64,000 nucleotides of DNA from the human T2T-CHM13v2.0 reference genome, Homo sapiens: NCBI RefSeq assembly GCF_009914755.1, contig NC_060936.1, one strand, 5' to 3'. Below are positions 17,580 through 33,959 of this stretch, piece after piece. The number at the start of each line of letters is the position of its first letter. The first letter of the stretch is position 1. The translations under genes and the position numbers were made by a program. The notes beneath the pieces were generated by a model, which worked only from the letters and a program-made list of their open reading frames with translations, was not told the DNA's origin and ran no database searches.

Positions 17580-17830
17580 CACTTCTAAAAACCATCTAAG
17601 AAGAGCATCTGAAAGAAATATACACAAATATTAACAGTGCCAATTTCTAGATGTTTTTATTTTTGTATTTTTCTCTTTTGTTAACTGTTTGTATTTTCTG
17701 CATTTCTCATGATAAACAAGTGTTATTGTAAAAGTAACAGGGGGAAAAGTGTGTTTTGTTTTGTTTTAATTCCAAGATTCTTCAGTAGGAGAAAGAGGTT
17801 TGCAAACAAATCTTGAAAATTCAGAAAACA

Positions 17831-18144
17831 GGCTGGGTGCAGTGGCTCACACCTGTAATCCCAATACTTTGTGAGGCGAAGGTGGGAGGATCATCTGAAG
17901 TCAGGAGTTCAAGACCAGCCTGGCCAACATGGCAAAACCCCGTCTCCACAAAAATACAAAAAATTAGCTGGGCATGATGGTGGGTGCCTGTAATCCCAGC
18001 TATTGGGGAGACTGAGGCAGGAGAATCACTTGAACCAGGAGGAGGAGGAGGTTGCAGTGAGCCGAGATCACACCATTGCACTCCCACCTGGGTGGCAGAG
18101 TGAGACTTCATCTCAAAAAAAAAGAAAGAAAAGGAAAAAAAAGG
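17831..18144 (+). mobile_element. AluS
   Basis: TSD AAAATTCAGAAAACA at 17816-17830 and 18145-18159. Confidence 0.95.
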
Positions 18145-19124
18145 AAAATTCAGAAAACACAGTGAAGGGAAAGAAAGGCTGGGTGGAGCTGGGTGGAGGT
18201 GGGTGGGGAGGGTGGAGTAGGAGGATATGCAAATCCTTTGCATTGATTTTCCACATCAGTGAGTTCCTTTTCTCCTTTTAGCTACTATCTGGTGAAGGTA
18301 TATGTGACAATGTACTATTATATATTCCAAATGTCATATTCCTCAACATCTGTTTGAAAGAGCATAATTTATTGAGAAAGAAGTGTCACTGAAGCTCAGA
18401 GAAAGACAGTTTCTACCCAAGTGCCCCAAGTCTGGCGACAGCTAGGCTGGAAATAGTGGTGTGCCTCTGAGACTGTCCTTGAGCAGAATCCAGACAGCGA
18501 CAGAGGACGAACCAAAAGAGGGGGCAGAGAGAGGCACTCCAAGGAAGATATTGTCAGGAAATTGAAAAATGGCACCACCCCATCCAGATTATCTCAACAA
18601 TGATGCCTGAAACAAGGTTAAAGTGAAAGTGTTGCCACCCCAATAGTTCATCCAATTGTGAGTTCAAAATCGTAAGTTATAAAAATAAATTAGAAGGAAA
18701 AAATGGGAGGGAGAGAGAAAGAAGGGAGAGAGATAAAAAGAAACCAATAGTCGTAAACTAAATTCTTGCCTGTCACGTTTTCAGAAGAGCAGGAAGAAAA
18801 GTATCAAAGAAAAGAGATGCATTTGGGACAGAAACACACAAATGTGAACATTCCAACCTTGTCTTGGTGATCAATACAGCAGCCTCACCTAGAACACTCA
18901 GCCCTCTGGGGAAGAAACGGTTGTGCCCAAGCTTTGTGCCTGGACTAAGTCATTTGTTCTTACCTCTTCATCTCTGAGGATAACACGTCTCTCTTTGCTT
19001 CTGTGTGCAAAATGAATAGAACTGACATTTATTTTTGAGTATTTTTAAAATAATGCACACATGTGGGTTAGAAAAAAAAATCAAACAGTATGAAAGGCAA
19101 CTAGTTTAAAGTAAGTTACATTCT

Positions 19125-19585
19125 ATGCTAGACATTTTCCGCTTGCTCCCAAATCTACTTTCTACCTCTATGGCACCAACCAGGCTCACATGCCCCCTGG
19201 CTTCTATGTGGGTTGAGTCAATAGGAGGCACTGGCAGGAGATTAGAGGAAAGGATCAGGATGTGTCCTGGGCATTTATTTCTCTGGCATTCTTCCTGCAG
19301 GGTTGCCTCAGACCAGCTGAATCCTTCAACTAGAGATTACTGCTTCTCTCCAGGAGCCCTCACGTGATCTTTCTCCTGCATGGTGCTGGTAACCACTCCC
19401 TCTCCTTGTCCCATGAGGATTAGGAATGGCCACAGCTTCACTGATTCTATCCCTGGGTTACTTCATTGTCTCCTGTGTTCCACTGCACCCATACTTGTGT
19501 AAATGGCCCCTTTGTAAATGATCCCTCCTCATATCATCTTAATATAAGTCTGCCATTTGTGTCCTGATGGCACCCTGACCGACAA
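19125..19585 (+). mobile_element. LTR33-like ERVL LTR within an old L1M
   Basis: CCCCCTGGCTTCTATGTGGGTTGAGTCAATAGGAGGCACTGGCAGGAGATTAGAGG motif. Confidence 0.6.
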
Positions 19586-19699
19586 TACCCTCTCATTCCT
19601 CATCCTTCCTCAGTGCGACTGTTCCCCACTTTAAGGTAACCACTGGTACAATTTCTTGTGTATCCTTCTATCCTTCGAAATCTCTCTCTCTAATGCTAA

Positions 19700-20016
<317 letters not shown>

Positions 20017-20087
20017 TATTTATATCCTCTTTTAAGAAAAACTTAATATATCTTGCAGATTGTGCTGAATACTTTTTGCATACCTAT

Positions 20088-20570
20088 TTGCACAACTTCT
20101 GCCCAATCTGCTCCCACTTTTCTTCACCTTGCTCTGTGTTTCTGGAGGCTGACCTGTATGGACTTTGTCACTGGAATCCCTTGCCCTGTGGCATCTAGTT
20201 GGGCTTTGATGATTGGAGGCCCATTGGCAAGGGAAGGAACTCACAATAGACAAGAAGTCAGGAGAAAAGTGAGCCTGGGTTGTGGATTTCTTCTCCCTCC
20301 CTGCCCGGTGGTCATGGATGGCTGCTTTCCTCTTCAGAAGGCTCCTGCTTCTGTTGGCAGCTTATTCTACAGCTTCTCATTCTGCTAACTCTTCCTTTCC
20401 TTTGTCCCTTCAGGTCTAGGGGTGGTAACTGCTTCCCACTGTTGCCAGCCTTGAAATACTGCCCAATCTGTTCATTCTGCCTACACCTTTGTAAGTAACC
20501 CATCACTTAAACTCTCTTCAATTATTTCTTTATGACTACATCATGTCTCCTTCTGGTGCCCTGATTGACA
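20088..20570 (+). mobile_element. Second LTR33-like ERVL LTR
   Basis: TGCTCTGTGTTTCTGGAGGCTGACCTGTATGGACT motif. Confidence 0.6.
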
Positions 20571-21299
20571 TCTAGATCATCTCACAACCATACACAGAGC
20601 ATGACTTCATGATAATTTTAACAACTGAGTGGTATTCTGTTGTAGGACTATAACATAATTTATTTAACCAGTTCTCTATTAATGGATATTTCAAGTTGGA
20701 AGGAGTACTTTTTCACAACCTACTAAGTGCCAGGCGTATTTTTACATAAAATAGCTCATTTGGCCCTCACATCCAGGCTGTGGGATAGGTAATACCATTA
20801 TATCCATTTATGAGAAGAGGGAACTGAGGTTCAGCAAGGCAATGAAAAGGCTCAAGATTATATATGTAGTAAATGTAGATGCAGGATTTAAACCGAGCAT
20901 TTGATTCAAGCAGACCGGAATCCAAAGCCCATGGGATACTGGATCCTGGTATAAATCTTAAGATTTGCCCTCAATAACAAATGTTGCCATTTTTTTTATT
21001 TTTATAGCTTTAATGTATTTTAAAATAAACTTAATTATTAAAGGGTCACATACATATGTACAGAAAAGTACACAAATCAGAATCTACAACATTTAATGTT
21101 CACAAAATGAACACGCTCATAGAATCACCACCCCAAGCAAGAGACAGAACATTATCAGCAGCACAGACACTCCCAGGGTCCCCCTCTCAGTTACCATCAC
21201 CCCCTTTCCCAAAGGTCATATCTATTCTCTTTTCTTCTTGGTTTAATATAATGTTACATCTATCTACTGAGTACTTAACTTTAGTTAGTACACTATATA

Positions 21300-22605
<1,306 letters not shown>

Positions 22606-24678
22606 TCTATTTTCTTGAATATGTTAGTCCCAGTTATTTTAAAGTCTGTGTCTGATAACTCTAATACCTGGATCTTTGGGGGTTTGTTTCTATTGTTTCT
22701 TATTGCTCTTGATTTTCTGTTATCTGGGCATATCTCCTAGCATACTGGTAATTTTTTACTGACTGCCAGACAATGTGCATGAAAAAATGTATATATTTAT
22801 TTTGAAGATCTGAATAGTATTATCACCTTCCATAAAGGAATAATTTTGATTTCTGACAGTCAATTATGGAAGAGAGGATCACCTTAATTTAGTCAGGGAT
22901 TGAGTTGAATTAAAGTTGAGTTTTAGTCTTTGCAAAGGCTGATCTATTCCCTGTTCACCTTCATTCTTAGAGTAGAGCCCATCGGTGGATTCCAACTGGA
23001 AGGAAAGAAGGAAGGGAGGGAAGGAGGAAGGGAGGCACTTCCGGAGGACAAAGGACTCGGAAACTAATAATGATAGCTACAATTTATTTGTACCTATTTT
23101 ATGTTATGTTTTATACCTAATACATGTATTAACATATTTTATACGTAATCTATGTTTTAATATATGTTTTATATCTAATATATGTAGATGATAGAGACAG
23201 GTATACAGACAGATAGATAGATAATTATGTCACTTAACCCCCCAGTGGCCCTACAAGTTTGGTGGAAATTTTAATTTTTAGTCTTCATAATGGAGAGATT
23301 GAAGCTTGTATAAGTTAAGAAATTTACCCAAGGTAACAGGGACAACGTATGTGATGAAAAAGCAGAATTTGAACTCAATTCTGTTTGGCTTAAATCCCAG
23401 GCTTTTCCTCCCCACACCCATAGTGCCTTTCAGCCTAATGCACGCACACCCTCAAGTCTAGCTCTCTTGATTCTACAGTCAAAGTGGCCTACCTCTTATG
23501 TGAGAGTCTATTTTAAAATCCAAAATAGGATTTTCCGAGTCTGGGGCAGGAAACTGGGTAGAAAAGAGTTAAGCTAGTCAACTCTTTCCAATGCAGATGA
23601 CAAAAATTTCAACTCAAATCAATTGAAGGAGGACAGTAAAACCAACCACAGCTGCAACAATAACAAAATGGCGTTCATGGACTCACATAAATAGAATTTG
23701 AGGATAGCACTAGCCTCAAGGCCACCTGGATTCAGGCACACAAACACATTTCATTAGAATTCAGTCTCTCTCTTCAATCTGCTTTCTCTCTAACAGAAAG
23801 GCTTCTCTTTGTGGCACACACACAGAATGCCCTCAGGCAGAGTATATCTTTCTAGTTCCATGACCTGAAAGGAAGTCCCCTTTCCTCGAATGTCTGACAA
23901 AAAAATACTCTGGAAGACAATTCTGATAGACCCAATTTGGGTGACATTCTTACTCCTGATCCAGTCACTGTAGTCAGGAGGAAATAGGGTTTTCTAGTTT
24001 ATGGGCTTAGGTAGAACCTCACAAGAATCCCAGGATAGGAGTAGAATGGGATCAGTTCCCCAGTGGAAGTGTAGATTCTGAAGAGCAAAAGTGGTCAATG
24101 ACAACTACATGAGGTCTTGCCTATGTGCTGGCACTAGGCACCCACAATGTCCACAGGTGTAGACATTGAGCTAAAGTCTAGCTCAAGGCTCCAAAACCAA
24201 CAAAATATCACCATACCTTCAAGATACTGCCCAGTTGTAGAGTCGGGATAAAAACACACCATTTCCTGTCCAGTAATAAGAAGCCAGTTGAACAAGCTGT
24301 CGGACAGTCATAAACTGGAACTCCATTCTAGCAAGCATCCATTTAAGAGCCAAATGTAAAATACATCTATAGAAATGGAAGGTGTTTTTATCTTATTATG
24401 TGAAAAAGCAGGTTACAAACAGCATGTTTGACAAAGGTGCTTACCCCTAACTGTGTGTTAGACTCCCCCAGGAACTTTATTTTTATGTCATTGAAAATCC
24501 AGTGATGCCTAATATCTAATTTTAAGTTACTGACTCTGCAGAGCTGTGCTGCAGTTTTCCTCTGTTATCCCAAACCTCCACTAAAGTCCTACTGTACACC
24601 GCCTTTGGAAAATAGCATTTTGAGGGCATAAATAAATTGGGGTGGACAGGGAAATGAAGCTGCAGCCAAGAGGGGTGG

Positions 24679-25525
24679 TGTATTAGTTTCTTGGAGCTGT
24701 TGTAACAAATTGGCACAAACGATGTGGATTAAAACAACAGTATTTCTTGTCTCGGTTCTGAAGCTAGAAATCCAAAATCAAGACATCAGCAGGGCCATAC
24801 TCTCTCTCTCTCTGAAGGCTCTAGGGAAGGATTCCTTTGCCTCTTCCTTGCTTTTGGTATTTCTTGGCAATCTTTGGTGGGGTTTTGTTACTGTTTTTTG
24901 TTCGTTTGTTTATTATTTATTTTTATTTTTTGAGACAGAATCTAGCTCTGTCACCCAGGTTGGAGTGCAGTGGCGCACTCTCAGCTCACTGCAATCTCTG
25001 CCTCCCAGTTTCAGACGATTACTCACACCTCACTCTACTGAGTAGCTGGGACTACAGGCACACACCACCACGCCCAGCTAATTTTTGTATTTTTAGTAGA
25101 GATGGGGTTTCACCATGTTGGTCAAGCTGGTCTCAAACTCCTGACCTCAAGTGATCTGCTCACCTTGGCCTCCCAAAGTGCTGGAATTACAGGTGTGAGC
25201 CACTGTGCCCAGCCTGTTACTGTTTTTTGTTAGTGTTGTTTTATTTGTTTGTTTGTTGGCTTGTAGATGTATCACTCCAATCTCTGCCTCCATCATCACT
25301 TGGCATTCTCCTTGTCATTCTCCTTGTGTGTCTTCTGTCTCTATATCTAAATTTCCCTTTCCTTATAAAGACATAAGTCATTGGGCTGGGGGCCATCTTA
25401 ATCCAGGATAACGTCATCTTAACTGGATCATCTGCCAAAATCCTATTTCCAAATAAGGTCACATGCACAGATCCTGGGGCTGAAGACTCAAACATGTCTT
25501 TTTCAGAGTGATATCATTCTACCTA
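24679..25525 (-). mobile_element. MLT1C-like LTR interrupted by an AluS (~24900-25214, minus strand)
   Basis: TGTATTAGTTTCTTGGAGCTGTTGTAACAAATT start. Alu TSD TGTTACTGTTTTTTGTT. Confidence 0.85.
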
Positions 25526-26138
25526 TGCAGTTAGGAAACTGGCTGGAGGGTATACTGAACAAGAAATTGTGAGCTACTTGGAAATTCATGGGAATACTTG
25601 GAGGGAGGTGTCTTCCTACCTGGGACTGGGGCTTGAGGTGTCTTATTTGGATGTTGAAGTCAAGACTTCCTCCAGAAAGCTGTAGAAGACCATCTTCCAG
25701 ACAGCTTGGAAATCCCAATTGTCTTTGTTTCTTGGTTACTTGCAGAAGTAACCTCAGGTTGTTCTGCTGAACAAGACACACACACACACACACAAATACA
25801 CACTTACCTTTAAGTAAAAGAACATTAAGACAGTGTGACAGAGTGCTGAAATAAATCACTAAGTTTGGAATTGAAAAAACAGGTTCTTGGACAACCTCCA
25901 CCACTAACAAATTACTACATGCCAGAGCTTGCTTCAATGTCTACATTTGTGAAATGGGATTAATAGTTTCATAAATCCAATCTGGCCTACCTCCCAGGAC
26001 ACTGTGGCATGAAACATATACAAATGGAAAACATCACTCATGGAGGTAACTTGGATCCCATCCTAGGACTCCAGTAGGACTCCATATTCACTAAGAATAG
26101 TCCTGGGGCTACACTTCTTCCTCTGCTACTAGGCCAGG

Positions 26139-26559
26139 TGATATGGTTTGGATCTGTGTCCCCACCCACATCTCATGTCGAATTAGAATCCCCACTGTTG
26201 GAGGTAGGGCCTGGTGGGAGGTGATTGGATCATGGGGGAGGTTTTTCATGGTTTAACACCATCCCTTCTTGGTGTTGTCATCGCATCGCAATAGTGAGTT
26301 CTCATGAGACCTGGTTGTTTAAAGTTGTGTGGCATCACCCCCCACCTTGGTCCTGCTCCCACCATGTAAGACACCCACTCCCACTTTGCCTTCCACCATG
26401 AGTAAAAGCTTCCTGAGGCCTCCCCAGAAGCAAATGCTGCCAAGCTTCCCGTACAGCCTGCAGAACTGTGAGGCAATTAAACAAACTTCTTCTTATTTTT
26501 AATATAAGTTACCCAGTCTCAGGTATTTATTTATAGCAGTGTGAAAACTGACTAATACA
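26139..26559 (+). mobile_element. MSTA-like MaLR solo LTR
   Basis: TGATATGGTTTGGATCTGTGTCCCCACCC...GACTAATACA. Confidence 0.9.
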
Positions 26560-27818
26560 CCTGACATACCAAAGTTAAAAAGAAAGAAGAGTAGAAGCAG
26601 GTTAACATTACATTTTCTTCTCTTCAGTCTCAAAGATCCAAATTCACCTCTCGCCTGGGGCTGTGGTTTGGAGGATAGAGTAGGAATGGGATGTGGGGCC
26701 AGAGACCCCACAAGGGCCCTGTAGCATGCGGTAATTCTTTAATCTAACAAAGGACAGGAATCCACGAGGTGGTACAAATACACATTATCCAGTGGTATTT
26801 CAACCTGGAAACAATTCTTCAATAGATTGCCAGCTACCAGGTGTCAAGGGAGCCCCAAGTTGTACTCTTGCCCTGGGCCCCATAATTTGTAAATCCAGTG
26901 CTGACATTTCAGTAAAAATACCCAGAAGGAGTTTTCTGGGTGCTAGATGCAACACACAAAAAAAGCATATTAAAGATATTCCAAAAATGATGACTTTTTC
27001 AATAGGTTTTTAATGCCAAACATATGTATTACTGACTGAAATTCAAGTGTTTACCAGATTTCAAGCTTTCTCTTCAGCTGCCCCAGCTGGCGTCTGACAC
27101 ATTCCAAAATTTTTCTTCTGCTTGATATGTCTATTTTTAATCCCTTCAGATACTTTTCTTTTTGGCAAATCGGGAGGAGAGAATGCCTGTCGCTTCACGT
27201 CCTTCAGTTAATATTTTGCATAAATCAGTCAGGAATTAAGCATTAAACAATCACTTCATATCTCGGTTGTCAAATATTTCACCATTGGGGGATGTATTTA
27301 CGTATCTGAAAACATGTTGGCCTCTCCGTGTTTAAGGGAGGTGGAGAATATCAAGAAACTCTTTATGATAAACTTGAGAGCAATGGTAAGAAGGAGATTA
27401 TGGGACGAGGTGATCAAAGGAGATAGGAACCCCATGTAATGAGATGAGGGAGAGGAAAAAATTCAGGTGTCCTGACAACGCGCTATGACTCAGTGTCAGA
27501 GCCTGATTCGAGTCTGACCTCCCCAGATTATTTCAGTCAACACTAACCTAAGTTGGTTCCCCAGGAGCAGACCCAGGGAAATAGCTTGGATATAAGTAGT
27601 TTATTGGGAGGCTATCCAGGAAGTACCAGAAGGGGAGTGGGAAAATGAGACAGGAAAAGGAAAAAAGCCAGTGTGGGTTGTTTGGGTGGAGCAGGCAGTG
27701 ACCGTAGGCAGTGGTGTTTCCTATAAGTCAGTCCTGCAGGGTACCACTGGGGGCAGTGTAGACCATACTCCAGACTTGTCCTACCCAAGGGTTGAGGAGG
27801 CAGAGTATTTATCCACTA

Positions 27819-28305
<487 letters not shown>

Positions 28306-28370
28306 TTAAGGGAAACACGGCAACATCTATTGAATGCCATATGAACTACTAGTGACACATAGTTCAATTT

Positions 28371-29018
28371 TGAAGGCTACACTGTGCCCCTCTAAGATTT
28401 ACGTGTTGAAGTTCTAACCCCTAATACCTCAGAAGGTGGCCTTATTTGGAGACAGGGTCTTTACAGATGTCTTGACATTAAAACGAGGTCATGAGGTGGG
28501 CCCTCATCTGGGCTCTGCAGGGTGAGAGGTCCAGGTTCCCAAAGTGGGTACACTCTTGCCAGGGCACACAGCATGGATTGTATTAACTCTTAGCTACAGC
28601 TGCCACCAGACACTTTGAACTCCTTGTGTCCAGGAACCAGCAGGTGAGAAGAGGAGTCACAATTTTGGCAAGGACAATTGACCCTGATCAGCAGTTACAC
28701 AGATAGGAGCAGGAAGGAACACATATGGAACCTGAGTGATCCACTTGGGTGCTTCCTAGTAAGTACTCTCTTGATCAGGACTGGGGTCCTTAGAAGAAGG
28801 GGAGATCTGGACACAGAAGGGTGCGGAGGAAAGACCATGTGAAGACGCAGGGAGAGGGCTGCCGTCTGCAAGCCAAGGAGAGAGGCCTGAGAAGGAACCA
28901 AGCCTGCTGATACCTTGATCCCAAACTTCTGCCACAAAACTGTGAGAAAATAAATGTCCATTGTTTAAGCCTCCCAGTCTGCAGTGCTTTGTCACTGCAG
29001 CCTGAGCTGACTAGTGCA
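28371..29018 (+). mobile_element. MLT1A/B-like LTR carrying a 272-bp templated insertion
   Basis: GAGGTCATGAGGTGGGCCCTCATC|insert|GACTGGGGTCCTT; ends ...GACTAGTGCA. Confidence 0.82.
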
Positions 29019-29250
29019 CTCAGTTTCAACAGTAGATTCCACGACATTCCTTTCGTGAAATATCTTTGAAAAAGCTGGATTTGGGGCAGTTGCTGTGATA
29101 AAAAGTGAGAACTGCACAAAAATTAACGTCCTACAGAAAATGAAGGTGATGGTATCCAAACTGATTCCAAGGTTCGAGAAGCTGCACTGTGGCCACCAGA
29201 GGCACATGACCCACTGGTAAGCAATGGCAGCTATTTAAGAAGCAAATACT

Positions 29251-29286
29251 GTGCTCACTTCAGCAGCACATATACTAAAAGTGGAA
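29251..29286 (+). pseudogene. 3'-truncated U6 snRNA retrocopy (36 nt)
   Basis: GTGCTCACTTCAGCAGCACATATACTAAAAGTGGAA matches the U6 5' end GTGCTCGCTTCGGCAGCACATATACTAAAATTGGAA with 3 substitutions. Flanked by AAGAAGCAAATAC / AAGAATCAAATAC direct repeats. Confidence 0.9.
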
Positions 29287-29619
29287 GAATCAAATACAAA
29301 TACTATTTTCTTTCCATTTATATGTGTTAGTTTTCACGTGATTAGGATGTAAATACTAAGTTGTGCAGGCCTAAGGACTTCATAAATGGGATTCTCAACA
29401 TGTTTCTTTTAGCTTGGAGGTGGCATGAAAAAAATTACTGGGAAGTAAAGGGTACCAAGAGCCACAAACGGTTGGGAACTTCTGCTGTAGCCAGAGAGGA
29501 ATGTCTCAGGCAAAATGGCAGCAAGGAGCTGTCCTTAGGAACTATGAATGTCAAGGGACAATGGGCCGGGTTCTGACAATGTCTGCCACCATCACTGCCC
29601 CTCTATGCCCATGGAAACT

Positions 29620-30960
29620 CTAGGAACTAGAAACCACCTTCACAGTGGTCATGGGATCCAGCAGTATCACATATCACCCCACCCAGAAGCAGCTGGTGTC
29701 ACAGAGTTCTAGATCAGTCTATTGAAGCAAGAATGGGCTATCCTATAGTTTGAAGCACATGCATCAAATCAGACTTCTATACAACTTTGTGTTCCCAATG
29801 GGAACGAAGATCTGGGAACCCCAGAGATTCAGGAGCCAATAAGTGGAACCAGGAGTGGTTCCCACTGCCCTCATGCCCAATGAGGCACTGAGGGAGTGCG
29901 TTCTTTCCATTTCTGCAACTCTGGGCTATGTAGGGTGAGAGGTCCAGGTTCCCAAAGTGGGTACACTCTTGCCAGGGGACACAGCACGGATTGTATTAAC
30001 TCTTAGCTATAGCTGCCACCAGACACTTTGTGCCCAGGAACCAGCAGGTGAGAAGAGGAGTCACAATTTTAGCAAGGACAATTGACCCTGATCAGTGATT
30101 ATACAGATAGGGGCAGGAAGGAACATATATGGAAACTGAGTGATCCACTTGGGTGCCTCCTAATAAGTACTCTCTTGATCAGTTTTAACTAGGAATGGAT
30201 ACATGCAGCAACCCTGAGACAGTGAGGAGAGCAGATTTACTTAAAGGCTCAGAATTCTCAGGAATAAAGATTTTGGTCACTCCACTACCTAAGCCTAGAC
30301 CTAGAGAGGGAAGAGCTAAGCGTGAGGGGGAATTTAGAATGTATAGTGAAGAAGGAAAAGAACAAACACCAATTTCAGCCCCCAATGCCAGTTGCAATGA
30401 TGGAGGCTATAGTTGGTCCCACTAATTTCCCTTTTCTAAGTTTTCTGTCAGGAAAGGATATCCACAGGAGCCAGGAGGGAGGGACTGTTCCTTGGGCATG
30501 CATTCTAAAGTGAATCTGTGCAGCTTAAGAGATGACCTGGTAGGGCCATGGAGGTCTGCAGCTGAGATGATGCCTCACCAAGAGAAAACTGCAGGGAGCA
30601 TAGTTGACTGACAGATGCTGCATTTTGAATCTACTGTGTACATCCTACACCCAGCTGTTCCTAGATAATCACTGAGCAGAATAGGGGTCCTAGAACCAGG
30701 ACTTTCCTGTGCAATGGGAGATTCATCCATTGGGCAACTTTGGCTCAGGGTCTCCCTGTCAGCCTGGCTGAGACTTTCTCAGAGCTGTGTCTCAGTGCAT
30801 GGCTTTTCCTACCCAATCCTTTCTTCCTTCTCCTTTTCAACAGACTCTCCTTATATACTCCTTCTTCCTTCCCCTTTATCCTTCACAACCATTTTCCTCT
30901 ATAAATCCCTAGCACATGTAATCTTATTCTGGCATCTTCTTGGAGGATCCCAATTAACAC
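29620..30960 (+). mobile_element. Degenerate ERVL internal 3' region plus an LTR16-like LTR (~30535-30960)
   Basis: Resembles recalled ERV3-16A3-type internal sequence; PPT-like segment before the LTR; LTR ends ...GGAGGATCCCAATTAACAC. Confidence 0.55.
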
Positions 30961-30975
30961 CTTATATACTGTTTC

Positions 30976-30976
<1 letters not shown>

Positions 30977-31040
<64 letters not shown>
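30977..31040. repeat. (TG)n(GA)n compound microsatellite
   Basis: Direct reading. Confidence 0.97.
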
Positions 31041-32385
31041 TTCTTCTCCACCCAGCTAGAGCTAGATTGGGAGATGCCATAAGACCAAAGAGCTTTTCTT
31101 ACTAACTCTAGTTGGCCCCCCAAAGCACTAAATCGTTCTAGAAAATACTTCTGTTCATACGATTAAAAAAAACAACAGCTAGCATTTATTGAGCATGTAT
31201 TATGTGCCAACTGTACTAAATATTTTATGTACATGATACCATTTTCACGAATGTACTATTATCTTCACTCTGTAATGAGAAAACCAAAGCTTTGAGCAGA
31301 TAAGTTACTTAGTTAAAGTCACACAGCTGGTAAATGGCTGAGTTGGGATTTAGACACCAGCTCAACTAGTACTCCATATAGTCTCTCAATATCGGTTTGG
31401 AAAGAGCCTTAAATATCATGTAGTCTGACACCCCCAAGTGATCAAAAATCCAAGAAGCCATATAGCATTTAGTTGAACACCTCTAGTGCTGGGTAGTTTG
31501 TTCCCTCTCTAAAGAATATACCCCTTCCTAGACAGAGAAGGGAAATTCGTTATTTTGCTTCATCATCCTGGTAGCAGGTATAAAATTGGCATAACCATTC
31601 ACTACACATGAGTTTTATACACGTGAAAAATTGAAGCTTGGAGAAGTGAACTTGACCCAGGTCTTATTGGTAACAAATGGCAGAGCCAGGAATTGAACGC
31701 ATGTCTTTTCAGTTCTAGAGCCCTTCCTATTTCCAGTTCTTACATGGCTCTGACAGGTGAGTATTATAAAAACAACAAAGGAAATAAGGGCTAATATTTA
31801 TTGAGCACTTCCTCCGTGCTAGGCATTGTGCTTTGCATGAGTTATCCCATTTGGTTTTCATCACAGTCCTATGAGAATTATCATTGAAGCTGCTCAGTGG
31901 CTAATTCAGTTGGATTCCAGAGGTCACACCTTTTAAAATTATGTTCTGCTGTGTACACATTTCTTCCTATTGAGCCCAAACCTCCTCCTATTCTTTGAGC
32001 TAATACAGAACTAGTTGAGTTCCTCTTTGCCAAGCCTGTTCTACAAAATCATATGAAGACAGCTTTTGTCTGTTCTGCTCAGGGCTGAACATTTCCCATC
32101 CTGCCTTGTTTTCTCATCCCCTCATCCCCTCATCCCCAGCCCTATCTCCCAAACATGATTCCCTTTATCTGCTTCATTCTGAAAGTGTCTGCCGATTGCT
32201 TAATGCTGCCCACAAAAGAAGCCGGAGAACCAAAACTTCCTGTGAAAGGGAAGGTCAGGGTCAGTCTTTAGGCAATGGTGAGAAAATAATGACTTTCAGG
32301 CACCAGCATCTAGAGTTACTTGGCTAGGTATTTTGCATTCTGTAGAGTGTCATCTTGCAGTAGATGCCTTCTAAAGAGAAGATGA

Positions 32386-32845
<460 letters not shown>

Positions 32846-33959
32846 TTATTGGAAGGATTAAATGAATTAATGTATGCGAAGTGCTTAGTACAGTACCTAG
32901 CACAGAGCAAGTGATCAATAAATATCAGTTAGTACTAACATCTGCTGTGAAATGAACCCAGCACAGTGAGAATGCCTGATTCTTCCTCGGGAAGTGATGT
33001 CAGGGAATAATAATAGTACCACTTAGCTAGGACTCCCCATGGGCTCAGCCTTCATATGCATCATCCACTTCAATTCTTAACAACCTGTGGCAAAGATAGT
33101 ATCCCCATTTTAAAGACATAGAAGCCAAACTCAGCAAAGTTAGGCATCTAAGTGGTTAAAAGCTTGCTCTTTAGACTCAAACAGTTCTGGCTTTGAATTT
33201 CAGCTGCAGCACATGCGTGACTTTAAACTTGTCATTTAATGTCTCTGTGCTTCAGTTGCTTAGGCTGTACAATGGGGTAATAAAACACCTTCTTTAAAGA
33301 GGTGCTGTATGGATTGAGTCAATATGTGACACTTAGAACAGTGTCTAGCACATCCTAAGCACTCAATAAATGTCATATGCATACATGCCCACACACACAA
33401 ATACGTATATACACACATATATACATGTCTACATATGTATATTCATATATGTGTATATGTATGTGTGTGCATATATCTATATCTATATACAGCTGTCCCT
33501 TTTCTTTGCTCCCACAATACCCTATGATACTTTCCCAGCACATCATAAATCATCCTGCCTTATAACAATGTTTCTTATCTTTTGCTCCCCATCCCAAACA
33601 TACACACTATAGATCGTGAAGTCCTGAAGGTCTCATTTTTTTTAATTTCATTTTTACTTTATTATATTTTATTTTAGCAGAGTCAATAAATCTTTGCTAA
33701 ATAAATGGAATAACAATATTTCATTTTATGAAATGAAGGGCTTTGAAGGATGAGCAGGAGTTTGTCAGGTGGAAAAACGGGAGAAATAGGCATCTCAGGT
33801 TAAGAATTGCAGGACTACAGGCCACCCACCCCAAGGCACAAAAAATTACTAGTGGGTTAGCAGCAGTACAGAGCAGAGTTTGAAAAGAAGGATTCGCTTG
33901 TAGTCAGGCAGAGAGAAAGGGTATGGTCCTCAGGCCTAAAAACAGAAACCAATTTGTTT

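Noticed and set aside
18181-18212. Five G-run potential G-quadruplex
   Set aside because: Common motif with no supporting regulatory context.
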